Below are positions 17,173 to 26,120 of a stretch of 64,000 nucleotides of DNA, in pieces; within the stretch, counting starts at the first letter, position 1; each line of letters starts with the position of its first letter. The stretch comes from a virus. Position numbers and translations under genes: made by a program. The notes beneath the pieces were generated by a model, which saw nothing but the letters and a program-made list of their open reading frames with translations, was not told the DNA's origin and searched no databases. The DNA lies in the IMG/VR virus record IMGVR_UViG_3300037418_004082; one strand, given 5' to 3'.

Positions 17173-18309
17173 ATGCCTCCAATGACCAAGACCATCGACC
17201 TTTCCGCCGGCCTGCCCAGCGTCCTCACGGACGACAACGTGCAGGTGCCCATCCTGGGCGTCATCATGACGTGGAGCCTGTCGAGCCTCGCCGTGCCACG
17301 GACCGACCTGATCAAGGCGTGGACCGACGCCGGCTTCGACGACAAGTACATCCCCAAGGAGATCCGCATGCGCAGCCGCGTGCTGCGGGTCCTCAAGGAG
17401 ATGGAGCTGAACGGCTTCGCCCGCCGCATCAAGGAGACGGTGGACGAAGCCGCCTGGGCGCTCGTCGCGGAGAAGATCGACCAGGCGAACCTGAACATCG
17501 ACTTCAACGTCGAGGACCGCCTGGTCTACAACAAGAAGGACAAGACCGTCACCGTGACGGACCCTGCCTTCCAGCCCACGGTGGACGCGCTGCTCGACCA
17601 GTTCGGCGATCGCTTCCTGACCAACGACATCCGCGGCATGGTACTCGACGCCGTGAAGGACGCGGGTGGCATCGCCTGGCGCGACAACGGCGGCGTCTAC
17701 TTCATCCCGGCGAGCCGGCTGTGGGTGGTGAACGCGCTGCAGAAGTTCCTGGACGCGTTCCCGAAGTCCGGCAGCTACGTGCGGCGCCTCAACCTGGTCA
17801 ACACGCCGGACGACCGCAAGGGGGTGCAGAGCGCCTTCAACGGCGACCTCGACAGCAACATCGCCCAGATCACCCGCAAGCTCGACGAGCTGGAGGGCAA
17901 GGTTCTCGTGGGCGGTGAGGTGCTGGTGCGCGTCGAGCCCAACGGCGAGGTGACGTTGCTGGGTCCGGTGGACGACCAGGACTTCGAGACCAAGGAGGTC
18001 GGCGCGCCCGACAAGCTCATCGTGACGATGGGCGGTGCGACGTTCGAGCTGATGGTGCTCAACCGTCTCGACCCCATGAAGGTCCAGGTGAGCAACGCGC
18101 CGCGTAAGGCCGTCGAGGGCACCTTCTTCGTGAAGCGCGAGGTGACGAGCGCCACGCGCATGTCTACCTGGCACAACCGCCAGAAGGAAGTGCTCGCCGA
18201 ACGGCAGAAGCTCGCGATGTACACGGACCTGCTGAAGTTCCGTGGCGACGTCTACGAGAAGAAGCTCGCGGAGATCGAAGACCGCATCAAGCAGAACCTG
18301 CTCGGCTAA
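17173..18309 (+). CDS. DUF6744-like protein, typically found upstream of phage AAA+/VWA pairs
   Basis: ILGVIMTWSL...GGIAWRDNGGVYFIP...KLAMYTDLL; context. Confidence 0.55.
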   Translation: MPPMTKTIDLSAGLPSVLTDDNVQVPILGVIMTWSLSSLAVPRTDLIKAWTDAGFDDKYIPKEIRMRSRVLRVLKEMELNGFARRIKETVDEAAWALVAEKIDQANLNIDFNVEDRLVYNKKDKTVTVTDPAFQPTVDALLDQFGDRFLTNDIRGMVLDAVKDAGGIAWRDNGGVYFIPASRLWVVNALQKFLDAFPKSGSYVRRLNLVNTPDDRKGVQSAFNGDLDSNIAQITRKLDELEGKVLVGGEVLVRVEPNGEVTLLGPVDDQDFETKEVGAPDKLIVTMGGATFELMVLNRLDPMKVQVSNAPRKAVEGTFFVKREVTSATRMSTWHNRQKEVLAERQKLAMYTDLLKFRGDVYEKKLAEIEDRIKQNLLG

Positions 18310-18378
18310 CCCTTCTTTTACGTGAACCCCGCGAGCGGCAACGAAGCAATCGCTCGCTTTTGAAAGGACTATACGAAC

Positions 18379-19569
18379 ATGACCCGTACCGCTTCCGCCC
18401 CCGCCCTCTCCCTGGCCGCCGTTTCCGGCAAGCTGCAGGCCATCCGCCAGGAGCTGAACGCCGTGTGCTTCGAGCGCGGCCCCGTCGTCAACGCCATCCT
18501 GCTCGCGCTCGTCGCGAAGCAGAACGTCATCCTGCTGGGGCCCCCGGGCACCGGCAAGTCGATGCTCGTGCGCGAGGTCGTCCGCCGCGTGACCAACACG
18601 CGCGACTTCGAGAAGATGCTCAACAAGTTCATCTCGCCCGAAGAGCTGTTCGGCCCCGTGTCGATGACCAAGCTCCAGCAGGACGTGTTCGAGCGCGTGA
18701 TCGACGGCTATTTGCCGGACGTGCACATCGCGTTCCTCGACGAGGTCGGCAAGTGCTCGACGGCGGCGCTGAACACGATGCTGGACGTGATGATCGACAA
18801 GGTCTTCCGCAACGGCAACCAGACCATCAACGTGCCGATGATGTCGGTCATCGGCGCCTCGAACGAGGTGCCGTCGGAGGAGGGCCTGCAGGCGCTGTGG
18901 GACCGCTTCCTGCTGCGCTTCGAGGTCAAGCGCCTGTCGCCCGCCGGCCGCTTCAAGATGATGCGCGCGGAGTGCGACGGCCTGTACAACCAGGCGCCCA
19001 CGGCCACGATGGACCTGCAGGAGCTGCAGTGGATCCAGGCGCAGCTCTACAACGTCGTCGTGTCCGACGACGTGCTGTCCGACCTGAACGCGCTGGTCGG
19101 CGAGCTGGACCAGGAAGGCGTATCGCCGACCGACCGCCGCGTCGCGTTGTGCACGCGGTTGGTGCGTGCCAGCGCGCTCATCAACGGCCGCATGGACGTG
19201 ACCGAAGACGACGTCGAGGTACTGCAGGACGTGCTGTGGGACAACCTGGAAGACATCCAGACGGCCCGCAAGTACGTCATCAAGCACTCGAACCCGCTGA
19301 AGAGCCGGGCCGTCGAGATCCTCGACTCCGTCAAGGCGACGCACGAGAAGGTGATGGACCTGGTGCGGCAGCACAACGGCGACGTCACGCACACCCAGCA
19401 GCAGACCATGGCCGACAACAGCGAGGTCATGAAGCTCAAGAAGGAGCTGCAGGAGTCCATCAAGCGCAACTCCGGCGCGCCCTGCCTGCAGGACTTGAAG
19501 GACATGCTGGACGACGTCGAGCGCCTGCAGAAGGAGTTCGTCGAAGCCGGCACCGGCCTCAAGATGTAA
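18379..19569 (+). CDS. RavA/MoxR-family AAA+ ATPase
   Basis: Walker A GPPGTGKS, SPEELFGP, Walker B IAFLDEVGK, IGASNE, ALWDRFLLR, SPTDRR. Confidence 0.92.
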   Translation: MTRTASAPALSLAAVSGKLQAIRQELNAVCFERGPVVNAILLALVAKQNVILLGPPGTGKSMLVREVVRRVTNTRDFEKMLNKFISPEELFGPVSMTKLQQDVFERVIDGYLPDVHIAFLDEVGKCSTAALNTMLDVMIDKVFRNGNQTINVPMMSVIGASNEVPSEEGLQALWDRFLLRFEVKRLSPAGRFKMMRAECDGLYNQAPTATMDLQELQWIQAQLYNVVVSDDVLSDLNALVGELDQEGVSPTDRRVALCTRLVRASALINGRMDVTEDDVEVLQDVLWDNLEDIQTARKYVIKHSNPLKSRAVEILDSVKATHEKVMDLVRQHNGDVTHTQQQTMADNSEVMKLKKELQESIKRNSGAPCLQDLKDMLDDVERLQKEFVEAGTGLKM

Positions 19570-19623
19570 CGCCCCGGGCACGCGAGCGCCGTTGCTCGCG
19601 TGCCCTCCCTTGGAGGCATCCCC

Positions 19624-21099
19624 ATGAACATCATACGCACCTCGCCCATGGACGTCGGCAACTGGTCCGTCGCCCTGGCGCAGAGCGTACCGCTCCAGAC
19701 GACGGTGACCCAGGGAGAACAGAAGTTCCCGGGTTTCCACGACCTGGTGGCGGACGTGTTCCAGGCGCTCTATCAGCCGGCTCCCGTCTTCGACAACCAG
19801 AAGACGATCACGCTGCACGAGTTCCTGCTACGCGACATCGTCTACACCCAGGAGTTCGCCAACCTGGCGCCGATCAGCCAGACCAACCTCATCAACAGCG
19901 CGGTCGCCGCCAACGTTCTCGCGGAGCAGATCCTGCAACGCATGAGCACGTCGATGGCCGACCGGTTGGCGGAGGAATGGCGCGCCTCCAACGCTCTGGC
20001 CCAGGCCGAAGCGGAGGTGGCGACCCTCCAGGCCGCGGTCGCCGCCAACCCGGGTGACCCCGCGTTGCAGCAGCAACTGGCCGAAGCCCAGGCCCGGCTG
20101 CAGGCCGCGTACGACGAGCTGACCGCGCAGCTCCCCATCGAGACCCTGCAAGGCGACACCGATAAGATGCGCAACACGGCGCGCCAGGCGTCGGCGCAGG
20201 CCATCACCGCGGTCAACGAGCTGATCGAGCTGGAGACCGTCTTCGGCACCGATCGCGCGGCCAGCCTGCAGACGAAGCTGCACCTGCAGCAGAAGATCCG
20301 CGGCAACCGCAAGATGCAGATGCTCGCGGCCTTGGCGGGCCGTATGCGCCGCATCGCGCTCGCCAAGAAGAACTCGGTCGTTCGGCACTTCAAGCAGGAG
20401 ATCATGGGCGTCACGGTGGGCAAGGACCTGGCCCACGTGGTGCCCGCGGAGCTGGGCTTGTTGGGCAACCCCACCACCAAGCCGCTCTTCCTCAAGAAGT
20501 TCCACGAGGGCCAGCTCATGGTCTACGACCAGAAGGGCGAGGAGAAGCTGGGCCAAGGGCCGATGGTCCTCCTCGTGGACTCCACGGGCTCGATGCGGGG
20601 CGAGCCGGAGGTGTGGAGCAAGGCCGTCGTGCTGGGCTTCCTCGCCATCGCGGAGTCGGAGAAGCGCGACGTGTTCGTCGCGGCCTTTGGCTCGTCAGGC
20701 GACGACCTCGTGACGTGGTCGTTCCTCTACAAGAGCGACCCGCGCAGCGTCAAGTCGTCGGACATCCTGGGTTTCGCGGAATACTTCATGGACGCGAGCG
20801 GCACCGATCTGGAGAAGCCGCTGCTCTGGGCCGCGAAGTTCATCGCCAAGCCCGACAAGCCGCAGAACGCGGCCGACGTCGTGATGTTGACCGACGGCGA
20901 GAGCCGTTTCAGCGGCCGGTTCCTGCAGCAATGGAAGACCCTGCAGGAAGCCACCGGGTTCCATTCGTTCGGCGTGATGATCGGCACGTCAAGCGGTATG
21001 GCAACCCTTCGTCAAGCCATCCAAAACGTCGTGTACGTGACCGACCTGACCCAGGACGGTGACGTGACCGACGTGCTATTCAAAGGAGTCGTACACTAA
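19624..21099 (+). CDS. VWA-domain (ViaA-like) partner of the AAA+ ATPase
   Basis: MIDAS DSTGS, GTDLEKPL, VMLTDGE; G-x-DL-x-x-x-x-P-x-EL upstream. Confidence 0.9.
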   Translation: MNIIRTSPMDVGNWSVALAQSVPLQTTVTQGEQKFPGFHDLVADVFQALYQPAPVFDNQKTITLHEFLLRDIVYTQEFANLAPISQTNLINSAVAANVLAEQILQRMSTSMADRLAEEWRASNALAQAEAEVATLQAAVAANPGDPALQQQLAEAQARLQAAYDELTAQLPIETLQGDTDKMRNTARQASAQAITAVNELIELETVFGTDRAASLQTKLHLQQKIRGNRKMQMLAALAGRMRRIALAKKNSVVRHFKQEIMGVTVGKDLAHVVPAELGLLGNPTTKPLFLKKFHEGQLMVYDQKGEEKLGQGPMVLLVDSTGSMRGEPEVWSKAVVLGFLAIAESEKRDVFVAAFGSSGDDLVTWSFLYKSDPRSVKSSDILGFAEYFMDASGTDLEKPLLWAAKFIAKPDKPQNAADVVMLTDGESRFSGRFLQQWKTLQEATGFHSFGVMIGTSSGMATLRQAIQNVVYVTDLTQDGDVTDVLFKGVVH

Positions 21100-21353
21100 T
21101 GGGACGTCGCTTTACGGCCGCCACGGCCAAGGAGATCGTGAACACGATCGAGAATAACGCCACCGACCTGCGCGAGTGGACGGAAACGGCCGCGGAACTC
21201 GCCGACGCGGTCGATGACGCCAAGGACCAGGCCAAACTCCCCAGCCAGTTGACGGAGGAGGAGAAGGAGTTCCTCGTCAACGACAGCGACGACTTCACCA
21301 TCATCCCCACGGCACTGTGGTCGAAGATCACCGACCGCGCGAGCGAGCTGTAG
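21099..21353 (+). CDS. Acidic hypothetical protein
   Basis: TAATG coupling; SD AAAGGAG. Confidence 0.8.
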   Translation: MGRRFTAATAKEIVNTIENNATDLREWTETAAELADAVDDAKDQAKLPSQLTEEEKEFLVNDSDDFTIIPTALWSKITDRASEL

Positions 21354-21355
21354 CC

Positions 21356-21517
21356 ATGCACGAAGCTCTGCCTGGCTACGATGCCTGGAAGCTCGCGTCG
21401 CCTCCCGAAGACCCCCGTCGCTTCCGCGAGGATGACAACGAGGTGGAAGAGGAGATCGACGAGCTGGACGACGGTGACGCGTCGTTCGACCAGGAGCGCG
21501 ACGATGCCGCTGTATGA
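21356..21517 (+). CDS. Very acidic small protein (20 D/E in 53 aa)
   Basis: MHEALPGYDAWKLASPPED... Confidence 0.65.
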   Translation: MHEALPGYDAWKLASPPEDPRRFREDDNEVEEEIDELDDGDASFDQERDDAAV

Positions 21518-21710
21518 CGACGCGGCCGATGTTCCGCCGCCCGATCAAAAGCTGATCGACGCGCTGAACACGGCCCTGGCGCACATCGAAGGCCGTCGCC
21601 ACATCTTCTCGACCCGGGACCCCAAGACCGTCGCCGGCATCCTGCGGCAGGCCCTGGGTGACCGCGTGAACGAAGACCGCGGCAAGGACTTCGGCCCTCC
21701 CACCCCTTAA
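21504..21710 (+). CDS. Hypothetical protein
   Basis: SD AGGAG; MPLYDD start. Confidence 0.65.
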   Translation: MPLYDDAADVPPPDQKLIDALNTALAHIEGRRHIFSTRDPKTVAGILRQALGDRVNEDRGKDFGPPTP

Positions 21711-21768
21711 CCCCACCCGGCGCGGTACAGACGACTGCCGCGCCCCCTTTACGAAAGGCTGGTCCGCC

Positions 21769-22257
21769 ATGCCCACTACCACCCGCCTCACCAAGAAGGC
21801 CGCCCGCGAACGCCTGGACGAGTGCATCCAGGCCCCGGAGCCGCCGCGTACCCTGAACATCATCCAGCAGATGTTCCAGGCCATCCGGCAGCGCCCGGAG
21901 CTGCTGACGCACCACATCGCCGACTTCACCGTGATCGACACGGAGTTGATCAGCATGGCCCGCAAGGGCGATATGTTCGCCTGGTCCGTCCGTCCGTCGG
22001 GCACGCACCTGTTCTACCTGAACACCGATCGCGGCGCCCGCAACGCCATCGCGATGGCCCGGGAAGGCAAGTTCGGCACCGAAGACATCACGTGGTTCGT
22101 CATCAAAGTCACGTGGCGCAACGAAGCCAGTTCGGAGATCGTGACCGGTTGGCCGGAAGGCACCTTGAAGCCCGCGACGGCCAAGCAGGTGATCAGCCTG
22201 GCAGAGACCGTGCACCATCACAGCCGGGGCCGTGAGCACATCATCTGGGAGTCCTAG
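21769..22257 (+). CDS. Hypothetical protein
   Basis: SD GAAAGG; GC3 bias. Confidence 0.8.
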   Translation: MPTTTRLTKKAARERLDECIQAPEPPRTLNIIQQMFQAIRQRPELLTHHIADFTVIDTELISMARKGDMFAWSVRPSGTHLFYLNTDRGARNAIAMAREGKFGTEDITWFVIKVTWRNEASSEIVTGWPEGTLKPATAKQVISLAETVHHHSRGREHIIWES

Positions 22258-22259
22258 CG

Positions 22260-22904
22260 ATGGTCACGGACGACGACCTGGCGCGCGTGGACATCACCCA
22301 CGAGGACATCATGCAGGTCTTCAAGCGGCCCGACCACGTGATGTTCTTCTCCGACGTGCCGGCTGGCAAGCACGGCGAAGACGAGATGTTCACGCACTGG
22401 GCGCTGGGCCCGGTGCTCCTGACGCGCGACGCCAACTTGCTCGCGAAGAGCAACGCCGTCGCGCTGCTCAAGCATCTGGACACGATGCCGGAGCTGGTGA
22501 ACGACTGGGAGGTGCTGCGCCTGCAGCACTTCGCCAGCGGCTGGGTCGAGCACCTGGCCTTCCGGGCCCTCGACGCCGACCTGCAGCCCACCCGGATGTT
22601 CCGGGTGATCAAGCACTGGTGCGACGGCCTGGAGGAGTATCCAGTGGCCGACGAAGAGCACTACTACAAGCTTCGTCGGCAAGAAGAGCTGGACAACATC
22701 TACCGGACGATCGAGCACAAGATCGGCTGGTGGCCGAGGCCCATCCAGGGCATCGAAGACCAGGTGCACCAGTGGCTCTGGCAGAACCGCCAGCAGGCCC
22801 TGGAGCTGACCAACGACACCACCGTCGCGGACCCTACCGAAGACGATGTCCGCGCGGCCCTGGTAGCCCTGGGCTACCGCATCCCACCCAAAGACGAGGA
22901 GTAG
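22260..22904 (+). CDS. Hypothetical protein
   Basis: SD GGGAG; KSNA...DW...HFASGWVEHL pattern. Confidence 0.8.
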   Translation: MVTDDDLARVDITHEDIMQVFKRPDHVMFFSDVPAGKHGEDEMFTHWALGPVLLTRDANLLAKSNAVALLKHLDTMPELVNDWEVLRLQHFASGWVEHLAFRALDADLQPTRMFRVIKHWCDGLEEYPVADEEHYYKLRRQEELDNIYRTIEHKIGWWPRPIQGIEDQVHQWLWQNRQQALELTNDTTVADPTEDDVRAALVALGYRIPPKDEE

Positions 22905-22914
22905 TACATTGTCC

Positions 22915-23064
22915 ATGAGAGTCGAGCTGGGGATCCACGCCCAGCAACAAGGGCTCGCTCTGGTCCGCCAGGGCAGCAAGTGGCAGGTCAAGAACGTGAA
23001 GACCGGTAAGTTGCGCTACGTGGCTCATCGTCTGCGCGACATCAAGCGCTATTTTGGCCTGTAA
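22915..23064 (+). CDS. Small basic hypothetical protein (49 aa)
   Basis: SD GAGGAG; hand translation MRVELGIHAQQQG...KRYFGL. Confidence 0.65.
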   Translation: MRVELGIHAQQQGLALVRQGSKWQVKNVKTGKLRYVAHRLRDIKRYFGL

Positions 23065-23077
23065 GGAGAACCATCAA

Positions 23078-23449
23078 ATGGCAATTCATATCGACATGGC
23101 GAAGCGCTTCGCCGCGAACCAACGTGGCTCCGGCACGAACCACACCGTGACCAGTCACGGCGACGTCTCGACGTACATCTTGTTCGGCAACGTCATCGCG
23201 ACGCTCGACCACAAGACCAACACGCTCAAGCTGTACAACTGCGGGTACGAGACCGTGTCCACGGCCAAGCCGCTGAACGCCATCCTCGCCGAGGTGCCGT
23301 TCGCCCGCAAGTGGAAGCTCAAGAGCTGGGTGCTCACCGACCCGCACGGCAACAAGCACGAGTGGGTCGAGGGCTTCACGATCCGCCCGGACAATGCCGT
23401 CGGCGAGGATACGACGAGCGGCCTGGCGCCCGCGCTGGGGGATCGATGA
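23078..23449 (+). CDS. Hypothetical protein with a C-terminal GLAPALG
   Basis: SD AAGGAG; LFGNVIATL...LYNCGYETVSTAKPLNAIL. Confidence 0.8.
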   Translation: MAIHIDMAKRFAANQRGSGTNHTVTSHGDVSTYILFGNVIATLDHKTNTLKLYNCGYETVSTAKPLNAILAEVPFARKWKLKSWVLTDPHGNKHEWVEGFTIRPDNAVGEDTTSGLAPALGDR

Positions 23450-23919
23450 CGGACCTTGCGCCGGCCCTGGCGACCGACAACGACCTGGCGCCGGCCTTGG
23501 GCACGCCCACCGTCGATGGTATCCCCGGGCACCTGCTCGCCAAGAACGAGTACGGCGACTGGATCACGTACTACTACGGCGGCAAGGTGCCCAAACTCGA
23601 TCTGGCGATCGCCCGGGTCAAGGTGGACGGCAAGTACCGCATCACGGCGCACGACTGCAGCGAGGAGTACCTCGTGCTGAACTCCGCCTACAAGGGCCAC
23701 CTGGGGCGCTTTGAGGTGGGCACCGACCCGAACGGCCGCCGGATCTACGAGTGGTCGGCCAAGCAGTTCCCGGGCCTCGTGAGCGCGCTGAAGAAGCGGT
23801 ACGAGAACGGACCCTGGGCCAGCGACACCGGCCGCAGCGAAGACCTCCGCGCCGACCAGGCGCACTCGCTCTACACCAGCGTTTTCGAGTCGCTGCACAT
23901 CGAAGCGCCCGACCTATAA
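23446..23919 (+). CDS. Hypothetical protein with two N-terminal DLAPAL repeats
   Basis: ATGA overlap with the upstream gene. Confidence 0.8.
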   Translation: MTDLAPALATDNDLAPALGTPTVDGIPGHLLAKNEYGDWITYYYGGKVPKLDLAIARVKVDGKYRITAHDCSEEYLVLNSAYKGHLGRFEVGTDPNGRRIYEWSAKQFPGLVSALKKRYENGPWASDTGRSEDLRADQAHSLYTSVFESLHIEAPDL

Positions 23920-23929
23920 GGAGCCTCTG

Positions 23930-24358
23930 ATGACCAAGACCGAATGGCGCCAGTACCGCTCGCTCTACCGCCGCGTCAAGCGGATGCGGAGCGCGTGGTA
24001 CGAGGCGGATAAGGCGCACCGCAAGCGGCCCTACAAGATCGCCGACATCTACAAGCTCGAAGCGTCCATCCCGAAGGACGTGCTGTTCAAGCTGTTCGAC
24101 GCCGACTTCAAGCGGGGCTGCCTCCGTGACGGCGCAGAAAACTATCGCTGGCGCACGGCCGCGTACTCGTCCACGCCGTGGTTCGAATCGCAGAGCTTGC
24201 CGTACGCGACGGCCTCTCACAACTCGCGCTTCGTGCTCACGTGCAGCCTCAAGCGCTACTGCGCCAACGTGCGCGAGTGGCGTGCGCGCGAACACGCGCC
24301 GATGCTGTCGCACGACATCGACACGGGCCTCGCGCCCACGATCGAGAAGTGCGCGTGA
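23930..24358 (+). CDS. Basic hypothetical protein with a C-terminal GLAPTI
   Basis: SD AAGGAG. Confidence 0.8.
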   Translation: MTKTEWRQYRSLYRRVKRMRSAWYEADKAHRKRPYKIADIYKLEASIPKDVLFKLFDADFKRGCLRDGAENYRWRTAAYSSTPWFESQSLPYATASHNSRFVLTCSLKRYCANVREWRAREHAPMLSHDIDTGLAPTIEKCA

Positions 24359-24618
24359 TGGTGTACACGGACCTTCACGACTTCTTCCTGGGCTGGTACG
24401 CGAAGCTGGAGTGCGAGCGCAACTCGCACTCCAGCCGTCAGCATCAACTGTTGGCCCAGCTTCAGCGGGAGATGGCAGCACTCCCGGAGCTGGTCCTGAT
24501 GCAGAAACTCGACCGGGCCGTCGCCGGGTCGAACGACCTGTTCAACCCTCACCCCATCGATCACTACTTCCGCAAGGCCCTGGCTCTGCTGGAAGCAGCC
24601 TCTACCAAGGAGCCCTAA
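24358..24618 (+). CDS. Hypothetical protein
   Basis: TGATG coupling. Confidence 0.7.
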   Translation: MVYTDLHDFFLGWYAKLECERNSHSSRQHQLLAQLQREMAALPELVLMQKLDRAVAGSNDLFNPHPIDHYFRKALALLEAASTKEP

Positions 24619-24621
24619 CCC

Positions 24622-25239
24622 ATGCCGACTCCCAAGGAACACGTGCTCGCGGTCTACCCCAAGGCCGCCTCCTCGAAGAAGGGGACCCTCTGGCAGATCA
24701 TCATGCCGGATGGCCCCGACCCCGACGATCCCAGCAAGCAGCTCATCCGCGTGCTGGGGTCGGCGGGTACGGCGAACCTGGCCTGGCTGACCGCCTACGA
24801 ACGTCTGCCGGAACTCCAGCGCCACGACGAGAAGTCGCGCGACTTCGCCCTCAACTACGGCGTTGGGCCGGACAAGATGAAGGACTTCGCCCAGATGCAG
24901 GCCGATCCGCCCGACGCGGTGGCGACGATCGACGGCGTGCGCCACGAGATCCGGCACAAGCTGGGCAACGAGGATGCCGAACGGGGGCGGGCCCAGATGG
25001 ATGCCTACAAGAACGCCATGGGCATGCTACCGGCCACGCGGATGCCCGCTGTGGCGACCGCGGAACCGGAGGACCTCGACGAGGCCCCGGTCAAGGTCAA
25101 CACCAAGACCAAGAAGTACCGCGTCGTGCAGTACGTCGAGCCCAAGCCCCAGAAGCCGAAAGGCGCCAAGGAAATGAAGAAGCAGGCGCGCAAGGCAGAG
25201 CGGCAGGCCCGCAAGAAGAACCGCCGTCACCGCCGATGA
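24622..25239 (+). CDS. Hypothetical protein with a basic C-terminal tail
   Basis: SD AAGGAG. Confidence 0.8.
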   Translation: MPTPKEHVLAVYPKAASSKKGTLWQIIMPDGPDPDDPSKQLIRVLGSAGTANLAWLTAYERLPELQRHDEKSRDFALNYGVGPDKMKDFAQMQADPPDAVATIDGVRHEIRHKLGNEDAERGRAQMDAYKNAMGMLPATRMPAVATAEPEDLDEAPVKVNTKTKKYRVVQYVEPKPQKPKGAKEMKKQARKAERQARKKNRRHRR

Positions 25240-25409
25240 ACTTCCCTTTCCCTCCCGACGTGTCGCCGGAGCGACACGTTCGGGACGTCCTCGACACGGA
25301 GCACGCACGATTGAAGCGTGCCATCCGTCGTCAACTTCACGTGGATCGTGAACGTACCGCTCAACGCATTGTGCAGTTAGAGGTCTTGCTGCTCAACCTT
25401 CGCCGTTAA
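25236..25409 (+). CDS. Small hypothetical protein
   Basis: ATGA overlap; MNFPFPP start. Confidence 0.6.
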   Translation: MNFPFPPDVSPERHVRDVLDTEHARLKRAIRRQLHVDRERTAQRIVQLEVLLLNLRR

Positions 25410-25425
25410 CTGAAAGGAGTTCGGT

Positions 25426-25908
25426 ATGCCGAACACTGAAACTTACCGTCCGGTCCGCAAGATGTTTTCTCTGGGTGACGCCGTGTTGCTCGTCGTCACG
25501 CCCGTGGGTATCACGCACGAGCCCAGCCGCTGGCGCTTCCACGTGTCGTTTTTGCTCCAGAAGTACACGCCGTACGAACCCGGCAAGGAACAGGTCAAGC
25601 TTCCGGGGCACTGGTGCCTGGGCGTGCTCACCGACTTCGGCATCAACGTGGACACGCCCAACCCGGAACGCGAGGCCGCGGAGATGGCTCTCCGCTTCGC
25701 GGCCGATCCACCGTGGCGAGACTTCGGAGGCGGTGGCCTGACCTACACCGAACACCCGCCGTCGATCGACGACCTGCCGGCATCTTGGTCCGGGCAAGAG
25801 AAGGCGTGGTGGCGCATCCACGACGGTTTCGACTGGGAGAGCGAGATGTCGTGCAACGAGGAAGGCACGAAGGTCACGTGGCCCAACCTCGTGGACTACG
25901 TGGAATGA
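25426..25908 (+). CDS. Hypothetical protein
   Basis: SD AAAGGAG. Confidence 0.8.
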   Translation: MPNTETYRPVRKMFSLGDAVLLVVTPVGITHEPSRWRFHVSFLLQKYTPYEPGKEQVKLPGHWCLGVLTDFGINVDTPNPEREAAEMALRFAADPPWRDFGGGGLTYTEHPPSIDDLPASWSGQEKAWWRIHDGFDWESEMSCNEEGTKVTWPNLVDYVE

Positions 25909-26120
25909 AGACGCCCACGTGGACGTTCAGCGTCGTCCTCTACGACCGCACGCCTCAACGCACGCTGGGGTTCGTCGTGATCGAGGATCTCGACGAGTTC
26001 TTCCACGCCAAGCCGCTCGCGGTGTTCGATGTGATCGAGGTGGATGACTGCGGGAACGAGACGGCCGCGCGCACCACCAAAGACCTGATCACGCTGGTTT
26101 CGTTCGCCGTGACGGGTTGA
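25905..26120 (+). CDS. Hypothetical protein
   Basis: ATGA overlap. Confidence 0.7.
   Translation: MKTPTWTFSVVLYDRTPQRTLGFVVIEDLDEFFHAKPLAVFDVIEVDDCGNETAARTTKDLITLVSFAVTG

Noticed and set aside
17893-18150. Intein or intron explanation for the insertions in the DUF6744-like, RuvC-like and Cas4-like proteins
   Set aside because: No Cys/Ser start with His-Asn end, no LAGLIDADG motif, and the frames are uninterrupted.
17014-19818. Very long opposite-strand or alternative-frame ORFs (e.g. 17014..19818 -, 49117..51540 +, 3308..5224 +, 43864..45756 -, 6763..8373 -)
   Set aside because: Shadow ORFs of high-GC DNA: R/G/H/V-rich translations, no motifs or SD, and fully overlapping genes with clear family motifs.
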